Shown here: piece after piece, positions 10,220-19,347 of the stretch | Layout: each line of letters starts with the position of its first letter | How positions within the stretch are numbered: position 1 is the first letter of the stretch | Source of the DNA: Deferribacterales bacterium | GTDB taxonomy: Bacteria; Chrysiogenota; Deferribacteres; Deferribacterales; Geovibrionaceae | DNA: 64,000 nucleotides | Assembly (NCBI GenBank): GCA_050253075.1 | Contig: JBFWJS010000002.1 | Coordinates: forward strand, 384,001 to 448,000 | Reading direction: 5' to 3' | Translations under genes and position numbers: made by a program | Notes under the pieces: generated by a model | What the model was told of the DNA's origin: nothing | The model's database searches: none | What the model saw: the letters and a program-made list of their open reading frames with translations, nothing else

Positions 10220-11566
10220 CTAATTACCGTTCATCACATAAACACTGAGACGCCTTGTACGGAATATCTCCGTACCGCCCTCCAGCTTGTTGCTGTTATG
10301 CACGACCTCTATCCAGTTCCCCTCTGCAGGCGGTTCCGAGAGTCGTTTATCTAGGTAAAAGTTCACCGCTGCCTTATCGGATTTATCGGTGATATATTCG
10401 TCACGCACCACAACCGGAGTGTGCCTTTTATGGCTGATCTCCGAGACCTCCTGAAGTACGCCGTAGGTGCTCCAGTTCAGCTCGCCCGGGTATATGGTGA
10501 TAAAAAGCAGCAGAGCTATCGCAGCGTATTTAACATACTTCGCCACATCCCTCTTTATCATAGAGCCGAGCCCGTATGCGCCTATCACCCAGAAGAATAC
10601 ATAGAACTGATAAAGGTATCTCTGCTCTCTGGTGGAGATGAAATGTATGATGACAGTGTATATGACGCCTGTAAGTATGATGTATTTCAGCCCTGAGGAG
10701 ATAACGCCGTCACGCCTGATCTTATATATCCCGTATGGGAAAAAGATGAGGAAGAGCCCGCCGTATTTCAGTATATATTCGAGGTATGCCCAGACGGGGC
10801 GTACTTTATATGTGGCTCCTGTCAGGTTCAGGCTGTTATTGCCCACCCTGTCCACTATCTGATTCAGGAAGAATGTCTCGAAGAAAGGCGTATGCGCCAT
10901 AACATATGCAAACCACCACCCGGGCACGGCCAGAGTGATGATAAATATCAGGAAAAAGTGTCTGTAGTATTTAAAATTGAGCAGAGCCCTGTCCACAAAA
11001 GGGAACAGCCCCATGCCGATAAGAGGAACCAGCCCGAGAGGACCTTTCGAAAAAACAGCAAGCCCGCTGAAAAGACCTATCAGCAGCACATAGGTCAGCC
11101 GTCCGTCTTTCAGATATTTTATATAAAAATAGATAGCACCTGTCATGAAGGCCGTGACAAAAGCCTCGAATTTAAGCATGTGCGTATTCTTATAAACGAT
11201 ATAAGTGGAAAACAGCAGTATCGGCAGAAGTATCGCCGTATTAGTATCTTCGAAGAGCTCCATGGCTATCTTATAAAGGAAATAGCCGATGAGCATTGCC
11301 GCAAGCAGCGTAGAGAGCTTCACACTAAAGGGGACGGCCCCGAAGAGCTTTATGAAGAGCGCATTCACCCAGAAAAACAGAGGCGGCTTATTCATATAAA
11401 TATCGCCGTTCAGAGAGAGTATCATAGGGTCTGCGGCGGTGAGTACATTTTTAGATATGGAGGCATAGTTCATGCTGTCGCCTCTGATATCCGTACTGCC
11501 CATGTTCGCACCGAAAATGGCTACCAAAAGCAGCATAAGCGAGCCAATATTTTTATTTATTTTCAT
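10220..11566 (-). CDS. ArnT/PMT-like (GT39/GT83) membrane glycosyltransferase
   Basis: Multi-TM protein with YMNKPPLFFW, KGPLG and ..RYL motifs. Confidence 0.85.
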   Translation of the reverse strand: MKINKNIGSLMLLLVAIFGANMGSTDIRGDSMNYASISKNVLTAADPMILSLNGDIYMNKPPLFFWVNALFIKLFGAVPFSVKLSTLLAAMLIGYFLYKIAMELFEDTNTAILLPILLFSTYIVYKNTHMLKFEAFVTAFMTGAIYFYIKYLKDGRLTYVLLIGLFSGLAVFSKGPLGLVPLIGMGLFPFVDRALLNFKYYRHFFLIFIITLAVPGWWFAYVMAHTPFFETFFLNQIVDRVGNNSLNLTGATYKVRPVWAYLEYILKYGGLFLIFFPYGIYKIRRDGVISSGLKYIILTGVIYTVIIHFISTREQRYLYQFYVFFWVIGAYGLGSMIKRDVAKYVKYAAIALLLFITIYPGELNWSTYGVLQEVSEISHKRHTPVVVRDEYITDKSDKAAVNFYLDKRLSEPPAEGNWIEVVHNSNKLEGGTEIFRTRRLSVYVMNGN

Positions 11567-11651
11567 ATATCCCTCAGAATATTCATGTTACAATAGCAAA
11601 TCTTCAAAAGTATAGTATATCACTCAGGTGTAAACAATATAATTTAATACT

Positions 11652-12569
11652 ATGGTTCAGATACTACAGATCGTACTGCCTGTTTTCATCGTGCTCGGGC
11701 TGGGATGGTTCATCAGGCGGATAAACCTCATCGACGGAGACTTCATCGCAAAGGCTAATAAGCTGATATTCAACGTATGTCTCCCTGTTCTACTTTTTTA
11801 TAAGATATCTGCCGCTGACCTGCGTGCAGTTTTCAGCATAAATCACCTGCTCATCATGATAGCCACCATCATCGTAATGTTCGTGCTGTCATACGCAGGG
11901 GCAAAGGTCATGAGCCTCGGACCTTCCTCAGGCACATTCTCCATGAACACATTCAGGGCAAACTACGCTTATATGGGTCTCCCCGTCAGTGCGTATGCAT
12001 ACGGCGATCAGGGTCTGGTCATAGCGTCCGTCCTTATGGCGTTTGTTGTGCCTATGGTGAACTTCATGTCTGTGGTGGCGCTCAGTATGTCTATGACAAG
12101 CGGACGATCCCTTAAACCTCTGCTGAAAAACACACTGCTGAACCCGCTGGCGATAGCATGCATTGCCGGTATTGCCGCATCATGGTTCGGGCTGAAATTC
12201 CCCGTATTTATAGACAGATCACTCCTTATCATCAGCGGAGTGACACTCCCCCTCGCCCTCTTCTGTGTGGGCGGAAGCATGACGAAAAAGCAGATGACGG
12301 GTGAGTTCGCACACTCTATGACTGCTTCCGCTATGAAGCTGCTCCTTATGCCTTTTATCGCTTTTATGCTTATCAGATATTTCGGAATGGATCTTTCCAT
12401 CACGTCAAAGACCCTCGTGATAATGCTGTCCGCACCGACTGCCACAGTGAACTATGTTCTCGCATCACAGATGCAGGGAGACACAGACATGGCAGGCAGT
12501 ACGATAGTTTTCAGCACACTGCTTTCCATCTTCACATTTTCATTATGGCTTTTTGTTCTCGGGGTATAA
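11652..12569 (+). CDS. AEC (auxin efflux carrier) family transporter
   Basis: About 10 TM segments; VLPVF, LPVLLF, NYAYMGLP, NPLAIA, PLALF.VG, KLLLMP, APTA motifs. Confidence 0.88.
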   Translation: MVQILQIVLPVFIVLGLGWFIRRINLIDGDFIAKANKLIFNVCLPVLLFYKISAADLRAVFSINHLLIMIATIIVMFVLSYAGAKVMSLGPSSGTFSMNTFRANYAYMGLPVSAYAYGDQGLVIASVLMAFVVPMVNFMSVVALSMSMTSGRSLKPLLKNTLLNPLAIACIAGIAASWFGLKFPVFIDRSLLIISGVTLPLALFCVGGSMTKKQMTGEFAHSMTASAMKLLLMPFIAFMLIRYFGMDLSITSKTLVIMLSAPTATVNYVLASQMQGDTDMAGSTIVFSTLLSIFTFSLWLFVLGV

Positions 12570-12573
12570 AAGC

Positions 12574-12674
12574 AGATTCTTCGCTCTGCTCAGAATGACA
12601 ATTCAGACGTCACTGCGAAGCCCATAGGGCTATATTTTCACCCTAAGATTGCTTCACATTCGTTCGCAATGACA
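12574..12674. repeat. Cluster of three GTCA-headed REP-like palindromic units
   Basis: AGATTCTTCGCTCTGCTCAGAATGACA (12574-12600), truncated GTCACTGCGAAGCCCATAGGGCT (12609-12631) and AGATTGCTTCACATTCGTTCGCAATGACA (12646-12674). Same pattern as the units flanking the GIY-YIG gene. Confidence 0.8.
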
Positions 12675-12706
12675 ATTAATGTAAACTAAGAATGATTTTT
12701 ATATTA

Positions 12707-12798
12707 TTCATAAGCCACAGGGATGTGGCTCGCGAAGCGTAAGAGAGCCTTGCTTTCAACAAGGCGAACGACAGAATAAAAAATGCAGGACGCATTTC
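12707..12798 (+). repeat. GGA-loop triple-hairpin element, copy 1
   Basis: Hairpins AGCCACA-GGGA-TGTGGCT (12713-12730), GCCTTG-n7-CAAGGC (12747-12765) and AAATGC-AGGAC-GCATTT (12781-12797); flanked by TTATATTA at 12699 and 12799. Confidence 0.65.
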
Positions 12799-12803
12799 TT
12801 ATA

Positions 12804-14708
12804 TTACTTAATCGGAAGTTTCAGGGTGAATTCTGTCCCCTTTCCTTCCACACTTTTGAATTCTATCGTGCCTTTATGGCGTTTCACTACTATATCGTAA
12901 ACTATCGCCAGACCGTTCCCAGTGACACGTCCGAGCTGTTTCGTGGTGAATCCCTGATCAAATATGCGTGTGTAGTCTTCCTTCTTTATGCCTATCCCCG
13001 TGTCGGACAGCTTCACTTCGAAGAATGAGCCGATGGTACGGCTAGCGATGTTTATAGAGCCCCGCTCGCCGTCCGCCTCAAACTTTTTCCGCACGGCATA
13101 TGCCGCATTCACCAAGAGGTTAAGAAACACCTGCCCCATCTCGTCCGGAGCGCAGTGTATCCCCTTGTTTCCATTACCGAGCCTGACGCCGAAGTCAGCA
13201 TAAGGATACCATTTGTCCCGTGTGAGGATGATGCAGTTCTTTATGAGCTGGTTCATGTCGATGCATGCTGTCTCTGTCTCGTAATGAACGAGGGATTCCA
13301 GCGCATCGATTACCTCTTTCACTTCGTTCACCTTATTTATCGCTCTGTCGATGTCTTCGTCCGAGCAGTCTGATGTCTTTGCCATATTTACTATGGAGGC
13401 GAGGTCGTTCACGCTGTCACCCAGCATATCGGGGAGAGACCCTGCTATATCGCCCAATATCTCAAGGTGCTGAAGGTGATTGGCACGTTTCTCCAGCATC
13501 TTTTCACGGGAAATATCAAAGATGATAAGTATCTTATGCCTTTTGGAATGAAACCATACCTCAACGGAAAAGAGCCTGACGGGCTTATGCCCGATACGGC
13601 ATATCTCCACGAAGCGTTCTTCGTTATTAATAGAGCTTTCGGCGAGGTCATACATGGATGTTCCCTTCCCGCCCTGCATCTCGTAAAAGACAGGCTCGGA
13701 ATTTATAAAGTCGCACCCTGCGAACAGCTCCTCCGCTCTGGAATTATAATCGGCGACACGCCTCACATCCATATCCAGAACAAATGCCGCAGCATCTATC
13801 CCCTCCATAAAGGCTTTTCTGAGGGCTTCACTCTCTTTCAGATATCCTTCGGTATTACATTTATCCGTGATGTCGTTCATGATGACGGCGAGCCCGATAA
13901 ACTTTCCGCTGACATCCTTCATCCGTGAGAACGAAACGTCAAATATGCGCCCGCCCATAGATATGGAGACATCGCCCGACTGTTTATGGCTTTTGAAGAA
14001 TTCCTCGACACTTTTCAGCAGAAGCGGCGACACTTTTACCTTCTGACCGCCGTAATACACGGCTCCGGGTGAAGAGCTCCCTGCGAAAAGCTCCGCAGCA
14101 GCCTCGTTCATAACCTTCACTTCGTTTGTCTCGCTGAAAACCATCACCGGCTGGGTAAGGCTCTCCAGAGTGGTGAGGTAAAGGGACTTCGCATTTGTCA
14201 GACGGCGGTTTGCATCTGCCATCTCCTGATTTATACCTTCGCCAGACAGAGCCATCCACCCGTCTATGAAGCCGAGCTCTACCCTGTCGAAATATCTTTT
14301 TATAAAAGTACGGCAAGCCTTCACATCCGTAAGGCTCATGTCTATCTTAAACAGCAGGTCTTCGTAAGCCTGTCTGTAATATTTGAAAAGACCGAGAAAC
14401 ATGATGAGATCTATCCCGCGCTCCCTGTGCTTCTTCGCCTCGACTATGCCGAACTGGGCGTAGTGGTCGCTCTTAAAGTCGAAGTGCGGATGCAGCTCGG
14501 GCATCCAGAAGGATGTGCTGGGAGTATCAAGAAGCGGCTTGCTCAGCCCGACAATGGACGCACGCCATGCCTCCTCGAGTGTAGAGGTATACGCCGTATA
14601 AGCATTCTTCTTAGCATAAAAGAGTATTCGCTTGACCAGCCAGTCCTCGTGCTCTGCAATTTGTTTCTTAAGCTCAGAGGCCAGCTCTTGGTTCAGACCT
14701 TTATCCAT
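12804..14708 (-). CDS. Cytoplasmic PAS-domain sensor histidine kinase-like protein with degenerate H-box
   Basis: HATPase_c boxes QVFLNLLVNA, DTGIGI, IFDQGFTTK, TGNGL; two PAS-like segments (MNEAAAELF, YNSRAEELF); no obvious TM. Start 14708 or 14726. Confidence 0.85.
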   Translation of the reverse strand: MDKGLNQELASELKKQIAEHEDWLVKRILFYAKKNAYTAYTSTLEEAWRASIVGLSKPLLDTPSTSFWMPELHPHFDFKSDHYAQFGIVEAKKHRERGIDLIMFLGLFKYYRQAYEDLLFKIDMSLTDVKACRTFIKRYFDRVELGFIDGWMALSGEGINQEMADANRRLTNAKSLYLTTLESLTQPVMVFSETNEVKVMNEAAAELFAGSSSPGAVYYGGQKVKVSPLLLKSVEEFFKSHKQSGDVSISMGGRIFDVSFSRMKDVSGKFIGLAVIMNDITDKCNTEGYLKESEALRKAFMEGIDAAAFVLDMDVRRVADYNSRAEELFAGCDFINSEPVFYEMQGGKGTSMYDLAESSINNEERFVEICRIGHKPVRLFSVEVWFHSKRHKILIIFDISREKMLEKRANHLQHLEILGDIAGSLPDMLGDSVNDLASIVNMAKTSDCSDEDIDRAINKVNEVKEVIDALESLVHYETETACIDMNQLIKNCIILTRDKWYPYADFGVRLGNGNKGIHCAPDEMGQVFLNLLVNAAYAVRKKFEADGERGSINIASRTIGSFFEVKLSDTGIGIKKEDYTRIFDQGFTTKQLGRVTGNGLAIVYDIVVKRHKGTIEFKSVEGKGTEFTLKLPIK

Positions 14709-14780
14709 ACATACTTTATACCACATTTTTGTATGTAAAATTATTTTAGCCTGTTTAAAAAGGTAACAATTATTATTATT

Positions 14781-14806
14781 TAAACAAGACAGTTATTATC
14801 CGAATA
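14781..14806 (+). promoter_or_regulatory. Putative sigma-28 promoter of the chemoreceptor gene
   Basis: TAAA-N14-TCCGAATA, 40 bp upstream of the ATG; resembles TAAA-N15-GCCGATAA. Confidence 0.45.
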
Positions 14807-14845
14807 CACAAAAGGCTTTTAATGCTGATTAAATTGAGGTTAGAC

Positions 14846-16789
14846 ATGAAAATATCCAAGCTTATAATATTTGGTTTCTCTATAACCATTTTAATTTTAA
14901 CAGCAGTTTCTGCTGTATCAATCTACGGAACATTCTCATCAAGCACAGGCTTTAAAGAGTACAGAGCGCTGGCGAGAGATACAAACCTTGCTGGCAGACT
15001 TCAGGCGAATATGCTCATGGTCAGGCTGATGGTGAAGGATTTCCTTATTAGCAACTCACAGGCATCAAGAGACTCATACCACGGGTATGTAGAAGAGATG
15101 CATAAATATCTGGAAGAAGCAAAAGGCGAGATACTCAACCCCCAAAGGGCTGAAAAGATATCTTTCATCACACGCAGTGTGGGCGATTATGAAAGAGCTT
15201 TTGAAAGTGTCGCCGACATAATAAATAAAAGAAACGACAAGATGAACGACCTGCTCCAGCATGGTCTCAAAATGCGCAAAGACCTGACAGACATAATGGT
15301 GTCTGCTTATCAGGACGGAGACCCTGAGGCATCATACTATGCAGCCAGAATGCAGGAACACATACTCCTTGCTAGGTATTATGCGCTGAACTTCATGAAG
15401 ACAAGCTCTGACAAAGACCTTGAAACTGTTCACGCAGAAATAGGCGAACAGCTGGATAAGCTGATACCCATAGCGGACAAAAACATACAAAACCCTAACC
15501 GTAGGAACCTTTTAAAAGATTTTATCAATGAAAGAGAGCTCTTTATCCAGACAGTGAACGAGCTGGCTGGCTATGTGAAAGAACGAAACGATATAGTCTA
15601 TAAAACCCTGGACAAGATCGGCCCGCAGATAGCTCAGGCTGTCGAGGATGTAGAGCTCTCAATAAAAGCAGATCAGGATGCCCTGGGGCCACAGCTTCAG
15701 AAAAGCAATCAGAAGATAACGACTGTCACGTTAACCTCCTCGGTAACAGGGCTCCTGATCGCAATTTTCTTCGCCTTTTATATAAAGAGAAAGGTGATGC
15801 TGCCACTCGGCGGAGAGCCTGCCGACATGGGCAAAATAGCTGAAAAGATAGCTCAAGGCGACCTCGCCATAGACACATCGGGTGCAGAGGATGCCAAAGG
15901 GCTCTATTCATCTATGCTCCGAATGGTCAACAACCTGACAGACATAGTGACCATAATAAGAAGCGGCTCGGGAAGCGTGGCATCAGGCACAATACAGCTA
16001 GCCAGTGCCAGCGAACAGCTCACCACCACAGTGGACGACCAGACCCTGCAGATGAACGCTATAGCAAGCGCTATGGAAGAGATGGCAGCGGCATCAGTAA
16101 ACGTACTGAGCAACCTGAGCATGATAATAGAGAAAAGTACCGACGCAAAACATAAGGCTGACGAAGGGATGAATAAACTCGGCGACACAAACAACAGCAT
16201 CGAGGCTATCAGGAACACCTCGATGGAGCTGTCGCAGACGATAGACAGCCTCAGCCAGTCTTCCGCACATATCAGTGAGATACTGGTAGTGATAAACGAC
16301 ATAGCTGACCAGACAAACCTCCTTGCGCTGAACGCCGCAATAGAAGCGGCACGAGCCGGGGACTCGGGCAGGGGGTTTGCCGTGGTGGCCGAAGAGGTGA
16401 GGAAACTCGCAGAAAGGACACAGACTGCCACACAGGAAGTCGAAGGGATCATAAAGTCTCTGCAGACAGAAGCTGCCAGTGCATCCAGAAACATGGACAG
16501 AACCGAATCAGAAGTCGAGAAAGGCGTTGCTGCCCTTAAGTCCACAGTGGAATCATTCAATGTCATAGCAGCAGCCATTGCAGATGTTGTGAATGCGAAT
16601 GAAATGATAAACACGTCTGTCTCTGAGCAGAACCTCGCAATAGACAACGTGAACGAGAGCATACAGTCGATATCATCAGGGCTGGAGGAGAGCTCCGCAT
16701 CGGTCAGAGAGATAACCATGACCATAGACGAGCTGAGCCGTCAGGCCGAAGAGATGAACACCACTGTCGAAAGATTTAAACTGAACTAA
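14846..16789 (+). CDS. Methyl-accepting chemotaxis protein with a large helical periplasmic domain
   Basis: Two TM segments, PLGGEP HAMP-like region, [35 protein letters not shown]. Confidence 0.95.
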   Translation: MKISKLIIFGFSITILILTAVSAVSIYGTFSSSTGFKEYRALARDTNLAGRLQANMLMVRLMVKDFLISNSQASRDSYHGYVEEMHKYLEEAKGEILNPQRAEKISFITRSVGDYERAFESVADIINKRNDKMNDLLQHGLKMRKDLTDIMVSAYQDGDPEASYYAARMQEHILLARYYALNFMKTSSDKDLETVHAEIGEQLDKLIPIADKNIQNPNRRNLLKDFINERELFIQTVNELAGYVKERNDIVYKTLDKIGPQIAQAVEDVELSIKADQDALGPQLQKSNQKITTVTLTSSVTGLLIAIFFAFYIKRKVMLPLGGEPADMGKIAEKIAQGDLAIDTSGAEDAKGLYSSMLRMVNNLTDIVTIIRSGSGSVASGTIQLASASEQLTTTVDDQTLQMNAIASAMEEMAAASVNVLSNLSMIIEKSTDAKHKADEGMNKLGDTNNSIEAIRNTSMELSQTIDSLSQSSAHISEILVVINDIADQTNLLALNAAIEAARAGDSGRGFAVVAEEVRKLAERTQTATQEVEGIIKSLQTEAASASRNMDRTESEVEKGVAALKSTVESFNVIAAAIADVVNANEMINTSVSEQNLAIDNVNESIQSISSGLEESSASVREITMTIDELSRQAEEMNTTVERFKLN

Positions 16790-16792
16790 GCT

Positions 16793-16822
16793 AAAAAGGC
16801 GGGGGAATTTCTCCCGCCTTTT
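16793..16822 (+). terminator. Intrinsic terminator
   Basis: AAAAGGCGGGGG-aatt-TCTCCCGCCTTTT directly after the MCP stop. Confidence 0.75.
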
Positions 16823-16892
16823 CCATATCCGTTTGTAAATTCCTTAACCAAAGTATATATTGTGTTCATAATTTACTTTTCAGGGACGGGAT

Positions 16893-17846
16893 ATGAAATT
16901 TGAACGCTTTATAGCTACATTTGTAATGATGAACATAGTGCTCCTGCTCGGCGTGGTATTCACCGCAAAGAACCATCTTATGATGATGAAAATGTCCGAG
17001 ATGATATACGGAAAGTCTGTGCCTGTGGCATATTTCGACACTCCGCCGTCTGAGCTGGACACATTCGCCTCCGACACTCCCGAGGACATATCAGACACAA
17101 TGGAGCAGGTATACTCCATAATCCCCGAGGAAGACCTGCTGAAGCTGGCCGACCTGCCCCCCTATGAAAAAGCCGTAGAGATCATAAGAAACTTCAGCCT
17201 GATGGGCGACGGCGAATGTCTGACAGATAAAACTATCCCCGAAAAGCTGAAACTGGCGGAAAAGAAAGAGGGATGCTCCAAAGACTATGCCGAAGTTTTC
17301 ATACTGCTGGGCTCTGCAATCGGTCTGGAATCCAGAATGGTGTCAAACGGGCTCCACTATGCCGCCGAGATATTCAACGGGAAGAAATGGGTATACATAG
17401 ACCCATACTATGCCATGTCCGTATCATCTGAAACATCAATGCTCTCTTTCAGAGAACTGGCGGAAAGGATGATAGCCGACGGATGGATGCGCTTTAACTT
17501 TTTCGGAGGCGAGGAACACTGCATGAGCGGAAAACCTCTGGAAAACCACCCGTACTTCGGAGACAAGATGCAGTTCGCCACGCTATATGCATATAACGGC
17601 GACAATGTGATACAGATATCAAAGCTGGATAAGCAGTATGCAAAGAAACCTGCATTTATCAAATACATCAAACCATACAAAAACGGAATGCCTGAAATGA
17701 TTTACGCTGATCTGGGGCAGAATGAGAACACGATTACAAAGAAATATGTGATGGGATTACTCGGTGTGCTGGCAGCAATTTTCATCGGTACAAACATAGT
17801 CCTCCCCGCTTATTTCATCCTCGGACTGATAAGCAGAAAGAAGTAA
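16893..17846 (+). CDS. Transglutaminase-like domain membrane protein
   Basis: GCSKDYA / HYAAEIF / WVYIDP pattern; N- and C-terminal TM segments. Confidence 0.65.
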   Translation: MKFERFIATFVMMNIVLLLGVVFTAKNHLMMMKMSEMIYGKSVPVAYFDTPPSELDTFASDTPEDISDTMEQVYSIIPEEDLLKLADLPPYEKAVEIIRNFSLMGDGECLTDKTIPEKLKLAEKKEGCSKDYAEVFILLGSAIGLESRMVSNGLHYAAEIFNGKKWVYIDPYYAMSVSSETSMLSFRELAERMIADGWMRFNFFGGEEHCMSGKPLENHPYFGDKMQFATLYAYNGDNVIQISKLDKQYAKKPAFIKYIKPYKNGMPEMIYADLGQNENTITKKYVMGLLGVLAAIFIGTNIVLPAYFILGLISRKK

Positions 17847-17850
17847 ACGA

Positions 17851-17880
17851 AAAAAGCCCGCCTGAACGGGCTTGATTTTC
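17851..17880. terminator. Probable bidirectional terminator between convergent genes
   Basis: AAAAAAGCCCG-cctgaa-CGGGCTT. Confidence 0.65.
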
Positions 17881-17937
17881 ATTTCTTTTTCAGATCGGGT
17901 CATAGGGGTTTCCCCATGATACCCTAAAGGCAGTAAA

Positions 17938-18126
17938 CTACGCTTTCTGTACTTTACCAGCTTTCATGCATTTTGTGCATACTGTTTTGCGGACCACAGC
18001 GCCTGCTTCAACGACTCTGATTCTATGTACATTTGGGTAGAAAACCCTTCTGCTTACATTATGAGCGTGGCTAATCTGGTGACCGAACATAGGGCCTTTA
18101 CCGCAGATCTCACATCTTTTGGCCAT
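17938..18126 (-). CDS. rpmB: 50S ribosomal protein L28 (Zn-binding type)
   Basis: MAKRCEICGKGPMFGHQISHAHN..R..YPN..CTKC; AGGAGG RBS. Confidence 0.97.
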   Translation of the reverse strand: MAKRCEICGKGPMFGHQISHAHNVSRRVFYPNVHRIRVVEAGAVVRKTVCTKCMKAGKVQKA

Positions 18127-18252
18127 CTTACCTACCTCCTTGATTTCAAGAGCTTAAAATGCTAGCATAAATCCCATTTTTAAATCAAGCACTTTTTTTA
18201 AAAAGTTATATACTTGATAAACAAAGAAAAATACAAATTCTTAGGAGAATTT

Positions 18253-18942
18253 ATGACTGATATTAAAAAGGTCAAACTCGACCTCAACTGGAAGGATGAT
18301 ATTTACATATTTTCGCAAGAAATCAAAGCACAAACAGAGCGTATTCAAAAATATGGTCACGGCGGAGAGTATGAAAATTATAAACGTCTAACAGGCAAAG
18401 ACTTTTTCGGAGATGAAAAACCATTCAATATCGAGATAGGAATAGGCAACGGCGAATTTCTCTCTGAATATGCAAAAAAGCACCCCGAGCAGAATTATCT
18501 CGGCTTTGAAGTGATGAAAAGAATATTTTTAAGAGCCGTAACAAAAGCGAAGCAGGTGGAGAAGAAAAATATCCGTCTGATGCACTTCGATGCGACATTC
18601 TTCGTATCTATATTAGAGGATGGATGCGTGGACAACTTTTACGTGAATTTCCCCGATCCCTGGCCGAAGAAGAAGCATAAGAAGAGACGCCTGCTGAAGA
18701 CACAGTTCATAGAGCTGCTGGTGAAAAAGCTCAAACCCGGAGGAACCCTCTGCATGGCAACAGACCAGATAGACTATGCCGAAGAGATAGTGGAAAACCT
18801 GAAGCCCGTAAAACAGCTCGAAAGCGTGTATGACACCATATACATTAAAGAGCTAGACGACTATATTCCTACAAAGTACTACCGTAAGTTCGTGCCCGAG
18901 CTAGGAGTGCATTTTTTCCGTATGAAGAAAGTTGCAGAATAG
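18253..18942 (+). CDS. trmB: tRNA (guanine-N7)-methyltransferase
   Basis: EIGIGNGEF, NFPDPWPKKKHKKRR, ATD motifs; AGGAG RBS before ATG 18253. Confidence 0.93.
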   Translation: MTDIKKVKLDLNWKDDIYIFSQEIKAQTERIQKYGHGGEYENYKRLTGKDFFGDEKPFNIEIGIGNGEFLSEYAKKHPEQNYLGFEVMKRIFLRAVTKAKQVEKKNIRLMHFDATFFVSILEDGCVDNFYVNFPDPWPKKKHKKRRLLKTQFIELLVKKLKPGGTLCMATDQIDYAEEIVENLKPVKQLESVYDTIYIKELDDYIPTKYYRKFVPELGVHFFRMKKVAE

Positions 18943-18982
18943 GTTAAAAGTATTATTATACAGGAAGGAGTATTAACTGATT

Positions 18983-19240
18983 ATGTCTGAGAATATGAAA
19001 GAAATGATTGAGTTCCCCGTCATATACACATTTAAGGCGATGGGGCATAATTCAGATACTTTTATTAAAGGTATCAAAGATGTATTTAGTGGAAAGGAAG
19101 TAGAATCTATTGAAGAAAAACCAAGCAGCAAAGGCAACTATGTCTCCGTCTCCGTGACGGTAGAGGTGGTTGACTTTAATGAGCTGCAAACTTTTTACAC
19201 TTCTATAACAAAAGTGGAAGGTTTAAAGTTTCACCTTTAA
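18983..19240 (+). CDS. DUF493/YbeD family protein
   Basis: IEFPVIYTFKAMG and SSKGNYVSVSV motifs. Confidence 0.85.
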   Translation: MSENMKEMIEFPVIYTFKAMGHNSDTFIKGIKDVFSGKEVESIEEKPSSKGNYVSVSVTVEVVDFNELQTFYTSITKVEGLKFHL

Positions 19241-19347
19241 TAAATTCTATTATTTATAGACATTTATAAACCATGATTATTGATTGCATAACTACAGTAT
19301 ATTAAATATAATACGCTGTAGAACACTATTCTAATTGGGGCAACATT

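Noticed and set aside
15904..16725. Long antisense ORFs over MCP and other genes (also 24022-24933, 28613-29431, 41592-42446, 57200-57952)
   Set aside because: Shadow frames opposite well-supported genes, with no recognisable motifs.
17897..17924. Second hairpin GGGTCATAGGGGTTTCCCCATGATACCC downstream of rpmB as a mobile element end
   Set aside because: Single copy in the window with no associated transposase; could be an ordinary 3' stem.
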